Shown: positions 19,856 through 29,099, numbered from the stretch's first letter. The stretch: 64,000 bases of DNA from Dehalococcoidia bacterium (GCA_965203985.1 CBDBDS010000006.1:16588-80587), one strand, 5' to 3'. Numbers and translations: made by a program. The notes: generated from the letters alone by a model not told the origin.

Positions 19856-19925
19856 ACACCATCAAGCGTGTGATGTGAGTAAAATTCAGGGGCAATATCG
19901 CGTGTTTTACGTGTGATTTGTGCTG
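19856..19925. repeat. copy A of a ~70-bp direct repeat (25-bp core + GTGTGAT heptamers)
   Basis: Core ACACCATCAAGCGTGTGATGTGAGT at 19856-19880, then TTTTACGTGTGATTTGTG. It matches copy B at 23/25 in the core. Confidence 0.7.
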
Positions 19926-19954
19926 ACGCAGTTCGCCGCCGGTGCGAGCGGCCG

Positions 19955-21727
19955 CTATCCCCGGCAGTGCAGGGCGACCCGGGCGCCGTCCAACCGCCAC
20001 ACGGTGGCCGGCCCGGTCAGGGGTCCGGCCAGGGCCGGCCCCGGGGTGGCGGTCAGCATGGGCAGCCCCCGCCCGGCCTCGCGGAAGTTCGCCTCCGCCT
20101 GCTCGGTCCGGCACACCATCAGCAGGGGCAGGGGCCGTCCCAACGCGGCCATGCGGCGGTAGGGTCCCAGCTTGCGCGCCACGTCATAGGGCGCCACCGC
20201 GTGACGCTCGTACTCGATGTAGTGGGGGCCTTCCCCGAAGGGACCGTCCCGCACCAGCGCCAGCAGGTCGGGGCGGACCTGGGTCAGGCCGGGCACGTTG
20301 ACCTCGGCCCGCCAGCCGGCCACGGCGGCCACGCCCTCCCGGGCGAATTGGACCACCAGACGGTTCACGCCGTCGTTGTGCCGCCGCTCGTGCTCCCGAT
20401 ACCAGGGGTCCAGGTAGGCTCCATGGCGGGACCGGATGATGCTGGGCCGCACCCGGCTCATGTTGGCGGCGCGTCTCATGCCCTGCGCCGACAGGTAGTG
20501 CCGCCCGTCGAACACCGCCACCAGGCCGGTCTCCACGAACCGCCCCAGGCGGCGGCGCACGTCCGCGGGGGAGCCGCCGGCCGTCTCCGCCAGCCAGGAA
20601 GTCCGCATGGCGGGAAACTGGCAGAGGGCCAGGAAGAGCCGGTGGGCCAGCCCGCTGTCGATGGCTGCCACGTCCGGGTTCCGCCGCAGCCACCGGTGGA
20701 CGTTCTCGGGCCGGCCCACCGTGGGATGACCGGCGGGGTCGGATACCAGGTCCCGGGAGGGCCGCAGCACCACCGCCGGGGAGCACCGGCCGTCCGGAGT
20801 GCAGAATATGGTGGGCGTGTTGCCGCGGAGGGTTTGCCGGGCCAGTTCCCCGGCCCAGGCGTCCACGGCCACCACCACCTGGGCCGAGGGTTCCACCTCC
20901 TGGTCGGGGTCCTCGTAGAACAGCCGGTTGCCGATGCGCAGGTTGCGGTCCTCGTCGTGGGAGTAGCAGTCCACGCCCCAGAAGCGGTGCTCCTCCTTGC
21001 GGCGCAGCACCCTTGCGGTGGCGTGGATGCCGGCGTAGGTGAAGGGGGTCCAGACGTCGGGACCGTAGCGGGCCACGGCGTGGTAGAAGCCGCCGTGCCT
21101 GAGCAGTCGGAAATCGGTCATCCGGGGGTCCCGGGACGCAGCCGGGTCGTCGGGAGGCCACACCACCCGGCCGCTCTTCAGCAGGTCCGGGGCCAGGCGG
21201 TAGACCGGTTCCAGCATGGCCAGCCGCCGCAGGGACATCTCCAGCCCCCGGGACGTGGCGGTCCACGGCGGGTGCTCGTGGCCGGCGCCGTCGTCGCCGG
21301 ACCCATCCTCCGCCGGATCCTCCGCACCGGCGAAGGGTGAACCGCCCTGGTCGTCCGGGTGGACGGCGTGGTCGTGGTCCAGGGCAAAGCGTTCCGTGAA
21401 GTCCGCCGGCAACTCGCCCTGGGGGTGGAACCCGGCCAGTCCGGCGGCGCGGGCCTCCTCCCGGGGGCTGGGGTGCTGGTGTCCGGTGACGTAGAGTTCG
21501 TCCACGGCCTGGCGGGTCAGAAACCAGCGGCGCTGCCGGCGCTCGGTCATGCCCCGCACCACCGACTCCACCCAACCGCCGGCCCGCAGGGCGTCCAGCA
21601 TCCCCGTCACCCGGTCATCGGTCATGTCCAGGATGGGCGCCAGGTTGGCCGCGCTGGCCAGGGGCATCCGGGCAATGATTCTCAGTAGTCGTCGCTGTTC
21701 TCCGGTCAGGGATTGTGGGGGCGCCAT
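19955..21727 (-). CDS. winged-helix + replication-relaxation-like protein
   Basis: 590-aa ORF. N-terminal MarR-like wHTH (LRIIARMPLASAANLAPILDMTDDRVTGMLDALRAGGWV). C-terminal block RPDLLALVRDG...HYIEYERHAVAPYDVARKLGPYRRM resembles the Replic_Relax pattern (PD...E.[DE]R......KL..Y). Confidence 0.55.
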   Translation of the reverse strand: MAPPQSLTGEQRRLLRIIARMPLASAANLAPILDMTDDRVTGMLDALRAGGWVESVVRGMTERRQRRWFLTRQAVDELYVTGHQHPSPREEARAAGLAGFHPQGELPADFTERFALDHDHAVHPDDQGGSPFAGAEDPAEDGSGDDGAGHEHPPWTATSRGLEMSLRRLAMLEPVYRLAPDLLKSGRVVWPPDDPAASRDPRMTDFRLLRHGGFYHAVARYGPDVWTPFTYAGIHATARVLRRKEEHRFWGVDCYSHDEDRNLRIGNRLFYEDPDQEVEPSAQVVVAVDAWAGELARQTLRGNTPTIFCTPDGRCSPAVVLRPSRDLVSDPAGHPTVGRPENVHRWLRRNPDVAAIDSGLAHRLFLALCQFPAMRTSWLAETAGGSPADVRRRLGRFVETGLVAVFDGRHYLSAQGMRRAANMSRVRPSIIRSRHGAYLDPWYREHERRHNDGVNRLVVQFAREGVAAVAGWRAEVNVPGLTQVRPDLLALVRDGPFGEGPHYIEYERHAVAPYDVARKLGPYRRMAALGRPLPLLMVCRTEQAEANFREAGRGLPMLTATPGPALAGPLTGPATVWRLDGARVALHCRG

Positions 21728-21869
21728 TCCTTCGAGTCCGTCCTCATCTCACTTGATAATGAAGATACGTCCGACGGATACCGCCAGATTGATGAATTGG
21801 TGACAGCAGGGACGGCATCGGGAATTGGCAGCAACAGGACGACGTTTTACCCTGGAACGGGCAGCGTCT

Positions 21870-22622
21870 TCAGGGGCCGTCGTCCGGTTCGGGAACGGCG
21901 TTGCGGAGCCGGACCAGGGCGATGCCCCAGGCCCGCAGGGTGCTGGCCAGCCAGACGACCACGCGGTAGACGTTTTCGGTGGCCTGGGCCGCGGCGTTGG
22001 TTTCCAGCAAGGCCGGGTCGCCGGCCCGCAGGTGGAGCCGGGCCAGGGTCAGCCGGTGGATGGCCTCCCTGACCAGGGCCATGCTGTGGCCCACGGCTTC
22101 GCTCCACTCCTCACCGGGCGCGGTCTCCTCCGGGAGGGTTCCGGCCGTTCTGCGGTCCGCCCAGTGCAGCCATCCCTCGATGTCGTCGCCACCGGCCGGT
22201 TCTTCCGTCAGGGGTCCGGCCCGTTCCCCGGTCCAGCGGTCTATGTCGGTGGCCGGGTCCAGGGTCATGGCGGTCTCGAAGTACCGGCCTTCGGTCCGCA
22301 GTGCCGGCCCCAGGTCCTCCTCGAGCCACCGGTTGCCGGCTGCCGCAGTGGCCAGGATCACCGAATAGACCCGGTTGACGCCTAGGCCTCCGGTGTCCTC
22401 CTCCTGGTACTGGTACTGTTCCCGCTGCCGCGTGTCCTCGAACCCCAGCGCCAGTTCGTTGCGCACCGGCATGAGGATTTCGGTAATGAGGGTCAGCCGC
22501 TCGAACTCGGACATTCGGGCGGTGATGTCCATGGGCCAGGACTGCCGGCTGTCGGCTTCCGCCTCCTCCAGGTCCCGTCGCCACCGGGCCGCGACCTCTT
22601 CCCTTGTAACTGCGCCGTCCAT
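21870..22622 (-). CDS. hypothetical protein
   Basis: 250-aa ORF with an AAGGAGGG SD 8 nt before the ATG at 22622. It is co-oriented with and upstream of 19955..21727. No family recognised. Confidence 0.6.
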   Translation of the reverse strand: MDGAVTREEVAARWRRDLEEAEADSRQSWPMDITARMSEFERLTLITEILMPVRNELALGFEDTRQREQYQYQEEDTGGLGVNRVYSVILATAAAGNRWLEEDLGPALRTEGRYFETAMTLDPATDIDRWTGERAGPLTEEPAGGDDIEGWLHWADRRTAGTLPEETAPGEEWSEAVGHSMALVREAIHRLTLARLHLRAGDPALLETNAAAQATENVYRVVVWLASTLRAWGIALVRLRNAVPEPDDGP

Positions 22623-22736
22623 GCTGGACCCTCCTTGCCAAACCCTGCCTTCCCGGGTCGGGAACCCGGCTCCATCCTCGCTGGGCGGCGCGGGGCTAGC
22701 GCTGGCAGGACGGGACCGGAAAGCCAGGAAAACCCT

Positions 22737-22805
22737 ACACCATCAACCGTGTGATATGAGTGTTTTTGTGCCCTCTCTTTTACATGAGTGATTGTGTGAT
22801 TCAGT
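22737..22805. repeat. copy B of the ~70-bp direct repeat
   Basis: Core ACACCATCAACCGTGTGATATGAGT at 22737-22761, then TTTTACATGAGTGATTGTGTGATT. Confidence 0.7.
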
Positions 22806-23019
22806 TTGTACAGCTACCGGACCAGCGCGCGAATGCCCATGCCCCGGTTGCAAGCGAGCGCCTGGACTTCGACCAGGCGCTTCAGGGGCGCTGGCGCCCG
22901 GCCGCTGCGGGGTGATGACCCTGCCGGACGAACAGGGCGGGATGGAGAATTTCCCGTCCTCCGAGCTGGCCACTCAAGAGGCCGAACAGCAGCCGGCTAC
23001 GCCCCCATCGTCACCGCCG

Positions 23020-23250
23020 ACTCCGCGACCGGGACGGCATCGAACCGAGGCGCGACATCCTACGGATTGCTGACGTGCCGGTGATCTTCCTGTCGGTGTA
23101 CGGCCAGGACGAGACCGTGGACAGAGCCTTCGATATGGTTGCCGCAGACTACATGGTCAAACCCTTCTCGCCCACGGAGTTGGCGTACCGGATCCGGGCT
23201 GGGCTGCGTCAGCGGCGGGAGCCCTTGGCGGGGGAGCAATCGGCATTCTG
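23020..23250 (+). pseudogene. response-regulator receiver-domain remnant
   Basis: Reads DGIEPRRDILRIADVPVIFLSVYGQDETVDRAFDMVAADYMVKPFSPTELAYRIRAGLRQRR. The N-terminal half of the receiver and the output domain are both missing. Confidence 0.6.
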
Positions 23251-23349
23251 CCGGGTGGCGTTGTGCGTGAACAAGCCACGAAAGAAAAGCCCGGTCGGCG
23301 TGGACCGGGCCTCGTGAGCTGTGGAGGGCGTGGTGCGTTTTGGACTGGG

Positions 23350-24114
23350 TCAGAGGTCCGGATTATGGAGTCTGGCTTCCAGTTCGCGGATCCGGGCCTC
23401 GGCGGCTTCCCTAGCCTCGCGTTCGGCTCGGAGTTGTGCTTCGGCGGCGACACGGGCTTCGTGCTCGCTATCGGCCCGGGCGCGCTCGGTGTTGAAGGTG
23501 GCGATGTGCTGCTCCGTTCTGGGGTCGTACCAGCCTAGTTGTCCCTGTTCCGACCGGAGGATCAGGTTCAACACGGTGCTGTAGCCCTGCAGGACGCCGT
23601 CGTCCAGTTCGTCGATCGGGATTGGCTGGTACACGCCGTCCACCAGCCGGTCGCCGGCCAGTCTGGTTCCGTGATGCTCTCCAGTCGGGTCAAACCGCCA
23701 GTACTCCAGGATACCCAGCGCGGCGTAGTCGTCGCGCTTGGGTCCGGTGTCCTCGCTGCCCGTGCTTCGGGACGCCACCTCCAGCACGAAGTCCGGCGGC
23801 TTGCCCTGGGCCTGCACGATGTAGCCGTTGTTGTCCCGGTACAGCTGTGGGTCGACGTCGAAGGCGATAAGCAGGTCGGGGACGCGGCGGTTGCGTCCGC
23901 TGGGCAGGCGCTGCTCGGGCATCATCGTGATGAAGCGTTCGGCGGTGACCAGGGTGGTTTCGGGGTTGCCGAGGTGCTGGAGCAGGTGGTGGGTGTTGCC
24001 CGGCTGGTGGAGGTGGTCGACGGTGCTCATCTTCTCGTCGTCTTGGCGTTCGGGAGGGTCGGGCAGCCGGAAGCGGCCGGGTGCCGTCGTGGCGGTGGGT
24101 TTGGCGGTGGTCAT
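23350..24114 (-). CDS. Uma2-family (DUF820) putative endonuclease with C-terminal coiled coil
   Basis: PDFVLEVASRSTGSEDTGPKRDDYAALGILEYWRFDP. Second family member in the window. Confidence 0.8.
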   Translation of the reverse strand: MTTAKPTATTAPGRFRLPDPPERQDDEKMSTVDHLHQPGNTHHLLQHLGNPETTLVTAERFITMMPEQRLPSGRNRRVPDLLIAFDVDPQLYRDNNGYIVQAQGKPPDFVLEVASRSTGSEDTGPKRDDYAALGILEYWRFDPTGEHHGTRLAGDRLVDGVYQPIPIDELDDGVLQGYSTVLNLILRSEQGQLGWYDPRTEQHIATFNTERARADSEHEARVAAEAQLRAEREAREAAEARIRELEARLHNPDL

Positions 24115-24283
24115 GCTGAACCTCGTCGGGCTTAGCGTGGCTGGGCGGGTTCTGCCTGGGGATGACGGGGCGGATTATAACTGTGGTAGGCGCGTATTCT
24201 CCGTTGCTGGCGTTCGGCCAGCGAACAATTTTGACGGCATCCGTGCTCACGTAACCGCCCCGTCCACCCCGGGAGCGGACTGG

Positions 24284-24519
24284 TTATCGCCGTCTCCCAC
24301 GGGCTAATAGCCGGAACTGCTCGACTGTCCACCCGGCTTGGACAATTATGGCTTCCATTGTGTTGGGAGGAATGTCCCGGCCCGATGCCGGGGTATGGGA
24401 ACCATTCGGTTGCCCTTGCAGGCTTGGGTGTGCCTGCTGCCTTCGTTGATGGTCCATCCGTCGGTGTGAAACGCCTGAACGACCTCGGCCAGGGTATAGC
24501 CGGGTACGCGTGGCGGCAT
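24284..24519 (-). pseudogene. hicA: HicA-like toxin, single-nt frameshift
   Basis: Frame 1 reads MPPRVPGYTLAEVVQAFHTDGWTINEGSRHTQACKGNRMVPIPRH. It then continues in another frame as GRDIPPNTMEAIIVQAGWTVEQFRLL. The shift is at CGGGCCGGG near 24390. Its ATG overlaps the hicB stop (TGATG). Confidence 0.65.
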
Positions 24520-25178
24520 CAGGCGCTTTGCTTTTGTTTCCAGAGGGCGATGTACGTGCTTTCCAGGGCGGCCACGGCGGCCTCGTCGTATGGATCGCGC
24601 CGCAGGGCGGCGTCGTAGTCGGCGATTGCGGCGTCGTAGTCCCGCAAGTTGAAGTGGGCGTCGGCGCGGCCACGGTATGCTTCGGCGTTTTCGGGCGCTA
24701 TGGCGATGGCGGCGGTGTAGTCGTCCATCGCCCACCGGTGGGCGTTCTTGTTCAAGAATGCGCCGCCGCGCTTGATGAGAGCGCTGACGTCTTCAGCATT
24801 GTGCGCGAGTGTCTTGTCGCAGCCGGTGATTATTTCGTCCCAGTCCAGAGGTCGCACCGTGGCTTGCTCGGTTTGATGTGAACTCTCGGTGTCATATTCA
24901 GCGGCTGTTTTGGCCATGGCGCCGGGCCAGAGGGGCGGCTGTTGTCCTTCATTGATGTAGCTGTCCAGGAACAGGCTGATGGCCTCGGCAATCATCTCCA
25001 GGGCTTCTTCTTTGTCGTCGCCTTGGCTGGCGCAGCCGAGTTCGGGGCAGAGCACGGAGTACCCTGGGTGGTCTGGCTCTTTGATCAGGAGGACCTGGTA
25101 ATCGCGCCGCTTGAAGCGCGTGATGAGTTGGCTTTGGGCTTCGGCCCTGCTCGGTTCGCTGGACATGGCGTACTCCAT
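24519..25178 (-). CDS. hicB: HicB-like antitoxin domain fused to TPR repeats
   Basis: N-terminal YQVLLIKEPDHPGYSVLCPELGCASQGDDKEEALEMIAEAISLFL (HicB fold). C-terminal TPR-like AEAYRGRADAHFNLRDYDAAIADYDAALRRDP. The track ORF start at 25601 is an over-extension. The ATG at 25166 is an alternative start. Confidence 0.7.
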   Translation of the reverse strand: MEYAMSSEPSRAEAQSQLITRFKRRDYQVLLIKEPDHPGYSVLCPELGCASQGDDKEEALEMIAEAISLFLDSYINEGQQPPLWPGAMAKTAAEYDTESSHQTEQATVRPLDWDEIITGCDKTLAHNAEDVSALIKRGGAFLNKNAHRWAMDDYTAAIAIAPENAEAYRGRADAHFNLRDYDAAIADYDAALRRDPYDEAAVAALESTYIALWKQKQSA

Positions 25179-25405
25179 GAGGGTTTGGGTAGCGGGGTCA
25201 GGCCTTCGCTCACGGGATGCCAGTGTATCTTTTGGTGTGTAGTTGCGAAAGGTACGCGAATGCCATGATGGACGCAGCTGGGTTGACTCCGCTCCGCCGT
25301 ACGCTATCACGGGGCTATCCCAGCACGCGCGGCCCGACGCAGAGGCTTGCCGGACGCGTGCTACGGTGGTTGAGCCGTTGGCCGTCGCCACGTCTGGGAG
25401 TTGCC

Positions 25406-25615
25406 TTACTTGACGCCCAATTTCGTCCGCAATTCGTCGACTTCGGCGTTGCCCAGGATGCGGAACACGTTGATGCTCCGGTCCTCTTCGGCTACGCCCC
25501 TGACGGCGTGACGACCGTTCTTCATCGTTACCAACTCCATGGAGTCGTCGGCGATGTCGACCTTCCGCTTGAGTTTGACCGCGTAGGCTTGCAGGGGCCA
25601 TTCCATGATTTTCAC
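25406..25615 (-). CDS. hypothetical small protein
   Basis: 69-aa ORF with AAGGAG 8 nt upstream of its ATG. No family recognised. Confidence 0.5.
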   Translation of the reverse strand: MKIMEWPLQAYAVKLKRKVDIADDSMELVTMKNGRHAVRGVAEEDRSINVFRILGNAEVDELRTKLGVK

Positions 25616-26398
25616 TCCTTCAGTGTGGTGGGTTTCGCGCCGTCCGGAGCAAGGATTTCCCCGGCGGCATCGGGGTCTGCCTGCTGCCGGGAGCAGGTCG
25701 CCCCGTGAGTGGCTGGCCTTTTTGCGCTAACCTTTGCTATTTCGTCAACTTGACCGCGCTCGGCCACACTCTGGCATGGTTCACAACGGTTGCAAAGATA
25801 CAATTGCTGACCGGTCAGACGACGTGCAGGATGCCGGTTGTTTCAGGGTGCTGGGTGGCCAGGTTCCGTTCCAACGTGGTGGCCGGTTCTTGAGCCTTGG
25901 GCGGGAGTGGAAGCCGGCTGGTTGGAGGAGGAAGTCGGGTTCTTGGTCCATGGTCGAAAGCTCCTGGTCTTGTTTTCGCACGGTGCACATCGGCGGCTGG
26001 TCGTCGGTCATGAGCTCTGTGCGCAACGGTTTTGTTCGGGATGTTTGACGCTCGTACCAGAACCTCATCTTTTGTGCGAGGCCCGTAAGCGTCGTGCCTG
26101 GTGTGTGTTGCCAGCGTGCCCAGTCTCGGCCGCATACGGCACCCGGGAGCGTTTTTCGGCCTTTGTGGCGCTTGGTTTGCCCACGGACCGTTTGGAGCCG
26201 CTCTACGCGCCATCCTCTGGTGGAGCGGTGTCCGGAGCCAGCCAGGTGTTGTGACGGTTCCCAGGGTGTTCGACGTCCGGCCTGCCGGCGGTTACACGGC
26301 TCGGGTGAGATGGCTTGGGCGCGAGCCAGGCTTCGTAATCGCTTTCTCGGGGTTCCGCATCGTCGTTCAACGGATTATCCGAAAGACGTCATTCGTCT

Positions 26399-27298
26399 TC
26401 ATGTGTCTCGCGTGTCGGAGCCCAGGCTGTTCACGAGGTTTGACAGCCACGCGACGGCGTCAGGGTAGTGGGCGAGGTCGAGGACGAACTCCTGCCCTCT
26501 GCCGACGCTCCGCAGATAGGAGTGGTCGGCGTCGCGACGCCAGCGCCGGCGGTCGGGGTGGTAGGTCAACGGCGGCTTGTTGCCGTCGGGGTAGAACCAC
26601 CGCGGCAGCCGCCAATTCGAGACGCCGGTGCCATCGGGGTCAGTCAGCACCAGCCGTTGGTCGAACCTGCGAAATACTCCCCATCCTGGGATTTCGGGCC
26701 CGTGGTTGCCCAGTTCGAGCATCGGCGCCGCCACGTAGACGGTGTTCCTGCCCTCGTAGTGGTCGGAGGCCAGGTGTGGGTGGTGGCGTGCCCAGGGGAG
26801 GTCGTCTGGCCCGAGGTCTGCGACGCGGTACTTCTGATCGACTTGGAGCCAGCCCCAGAACACGTGCAGATCCGGCGCACCCTTGACGAAGCGCCAGCCA
26901 TGGGCGGTTTCCTCGACTTGGCGGTAGAGGCCGAAGAACAGGAATACGTCGCCGCTGCCGACGCCCTGGTTGTTCAGGTGGCTCTGCGCGATGCCGGCTT
27001 GGCCGAGCATGCCTCGCCACTGTTGCCAGGCGGGCCGGCTTTTCCGATAACGGTGCGCGTCGAAGTTCAGGTCTGGGTCGAGGTGGACGCGGTCACGTCG
27101 CCTGATGCGGCTGTTGGTGATGCCGGCGGCGACGCTGGCGATGTCGACGTCGCCGTGCTGGAGGTCGTCGAAGGTCACTTGGTCGCGGGACGGTATGGGC
27201 ATCGAGAACATGGTGCCGTCGGGGAAGATGGGGCTAGGGCAGCCGCCTGATCCCGAATCAAAGCCCTTGCGGCTGATGATCAACTTGCTTGGCTTCAA
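26399..27298 (-). CDS. conserved hypothetical; N-terminus resembles the Nmad3-type (nucleotide-modification-associated) family
   Basis: 299-aa ORF with a TTG start. From memory, the N-terminal ISRKGFDSGSGGCPSPIFPDGTMFSMPIP matches the RKGFDS..GG.PSPI signature I associate with Nmad3-family proteins. Unverified. Confidence 0.6.
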   Translation of the reverse strand: MKPSKLIISRKGFDSGSGGCPSPIFPDGTMFSMPIPSRDQVTFDDLQHGDVDIASVAAGITNSRIRRRDRVHLDPDLNFDAHRYRKSRPAWQQWRGMLGQAGIAQSHLNNQGVGSGDVFLFFGLYRQVEETAHGWRFVKGAPDLHVFWGWLQVDQKYRVADLGPDDLPWARHHPHLASDHYEGRNTVYVAAPMLELGNHGPEIPGWGVFRRFDQRLVLTDPDGTGVSNWRLPRWFYPDGNKPPLTYHPDRRRWRRDADHSYLRSVGRGQEFVLDLAHYPDAVAWLSNLVNSLGSDTRDT

Positions 27299-27502
27299 GG
27301 TTTACCATCCCGCATGGAACCGTGGGCCAGAGTACCATGATGGTCATCGGCTTGGAGTGTGCCGGTCATGCATTCGTTCTGTTCGTCGCTAGCGGGGGCT
27401 GCTGGCAGGCTATGCTGTTTGACCTTGCTGCGGTTTGGGCGAGCCTTTGGCTTTCGCGGTGCGCCGGTTGTTTGGACTTGGCCGAGGACTTGGGGCGGGA
27501 GT

Positions 27503-27832
27503 TCAAATTGTCCGTCTTTGGGGGTTGTTCGGTTGGGGTGGCTGGTTGCTTAGGGTTGTCGACGCGCTGCGCTGGTCGTTTTGCTCTGCGAGCTTTTTGG
27601 CCCGCCGCTCGGCTGTGGCTTTATTGTTGTCCCGCCGGTGCTTTTCTGCACACGTCGGGCAACGGGTTTGGCCGGGAATCGCCTGCTGGGGGCACTCACA
27701 GCATTTACCTTGTTCTTTGGCCTTTGCGCGTTGCTTCTTCCGAGCGTCCCGGTGGTATTGCTTGCGCTGAGGCCGGTGGTTTCTGCTCTTTTCATGTTCG
27801 TGGCGCTTCTCGCTGCGTTTCTGAATTTCCAA
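27503..27832 (-). CDS. basic zinc-ribbon protein
   Basis: 109-aa Lys/Arg-rich ORF with CCECPQQAIPGQTRCPTCAEKHRR. The same C..C-x(9-11)-C..C-basic motif occurs twice at the N-terminus of the 15434 transposase. Confidence 0.45.
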   Translation of the reverse strand: MEIQKRSEKRHEHEKSRNHRPQRKQYHRDARKKQRAKAKEQGKCCECPQQAIPGQTRCPTCAEKHRRDNNKATAERRAKKLAEQNDQRSASTTLSNQPPQPNNPQRRTI

Positions 27833-28138
27833 TGGGGTCGGAGCAGGTCTGGGCTTTTTGGGCTGGCTAGGTAGCCTAGCTCTGGTTTTGCACTTTGCTG
27901 CCTTGGCCTTCTTCTCCGGTTGGTTGGGCAGAGTAGCGGTAGTCTGGAAAATTCTTTTGGAACAACGTAGCGGGAAACCGGAGACATAAAGTTTGAGTAC
28001 CTCCCTGAGCCGGGTGAACCCCTGCGCGTGCCGGGCCTACCTTGAGGCTTGAACCTTCCACCGTTCCAGCAGGATTTTTCTGACCTCGGCGTTGAGGTCG
28101 TTCCGTAGGGGCATTTCGCAGTTACCTCCGGGACTTGT

Positions 28139-29046
28139 TCAGCGCGGGCCCGCAGTATCGATGACATCCACTAGTTGCGTACACGTTGTTGTTGCCGTCT
28201 CGCACATGTCCTCGCCCGGCTTGAGCCGGTAGGTTAGCGGAGTAAACCCCATTGGGTCGGTCGGGATCTTGACCTCGGCATCGAGCGGTTGGATCAGAAA
28301 CGTCCGAGCATGGCCCAAGGCTCCAATGAACATCCCCAGCTCGAAGACCACGTTGTCCCTGGGCGCTGCCACCGTGTTCTCGCGGCTGGTTACGACGTCA
28401 TCCGGCGCCAGGATCAGCGCAGCGAAGTCAGAGCAGGCCAGTTGAGTTTCCAAAGACTCCAGCGTGAACGTTGACGGTCTGAATACACCGTCGGTCCAGA
28501 GGTTGACCTCAAGTCAGTTTTGACTAACCGGGCCTTGATGACTTCCGCAATGGGCAATGACTCGGTCGAGCAGGCTACGAACAATGCCGGAGCATTGCGG
28601 CTGCTTGCGACGAGGCGGTTTCTCTGGCCAAGGCGGCCAGCCAATGATCGAGCCACATTGCGCCACACCGAAGGGTGACAATCGGCGAGGTCGATGAATG
28701 TGGCTGCTGGAGTACGGACGAGGACAACCTCGTCGTTGGCGGACACCGTCGCGGACCTCGGTTGTCCGGGGTCCAGGAGAGCCATCTCGCCCACATGTTG
28801 TCCGGCATCTCGCCTCGCAATCACCCGGCCATGAACGACGACCGACGTGGAACCCGAGAGCAGGAAACACACTTCGTTGGAGGGATCTCCCTCCGCCATG
28901 ATGACGGAACCCGGTTCGTGGCTCTCGATTTCGGAAAGGTCACAGAACTCTTCCGCCAACCGGTGGTCGCCAGAAAGTATGCGTTGGGTCGCCAAGGCCT
29001 CGATTGCGAAGCGGCGCCCTTCTGTCCCTGAGAATCGTTGCAGCAT
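28139..29046 (-). pseudogene. cyclic-nucleotide-binding domain fused to CAP12/PycTIR-type TIR-like domain (Pycsar-effector architecture), one frameshift
   Basis: cNMP-binding core: GSVIMAEGDPSNEVCFLLSG...GEMALLDPGQPRSATVSA. TIR-like: PALFVACSTESLPIAEVIKARL, then after a 1-nt deletion near 28505-28512, EVNLWTDGVFRPSTFTLESLETQLACSDFAALILAPDD...PRDNVVFELGMFIGALGHARTFLI. Confidence 0.75.
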
Positions 29047-29099
29047 TCATCCGAGACGCGGCGTGTGGAATGGACGGCACAGGATACTCAACAGCGCCG

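Noticed and set aside
18292-21340. Plus-strand ORFs 18292..19446 and 19913..21340 (384 and 475 aa)
   Set aside because: They are antisense to the IS4 transposase and the Replic_Relax-like gene respectively. No motifs are present.
26101-27250. Plus-strand ORFs 26101..26886 and 26468..27250
   Set aside because: They are antisense to the Nmad3-like gene. They are Arg/Gly/Pro-rich shadow frames.
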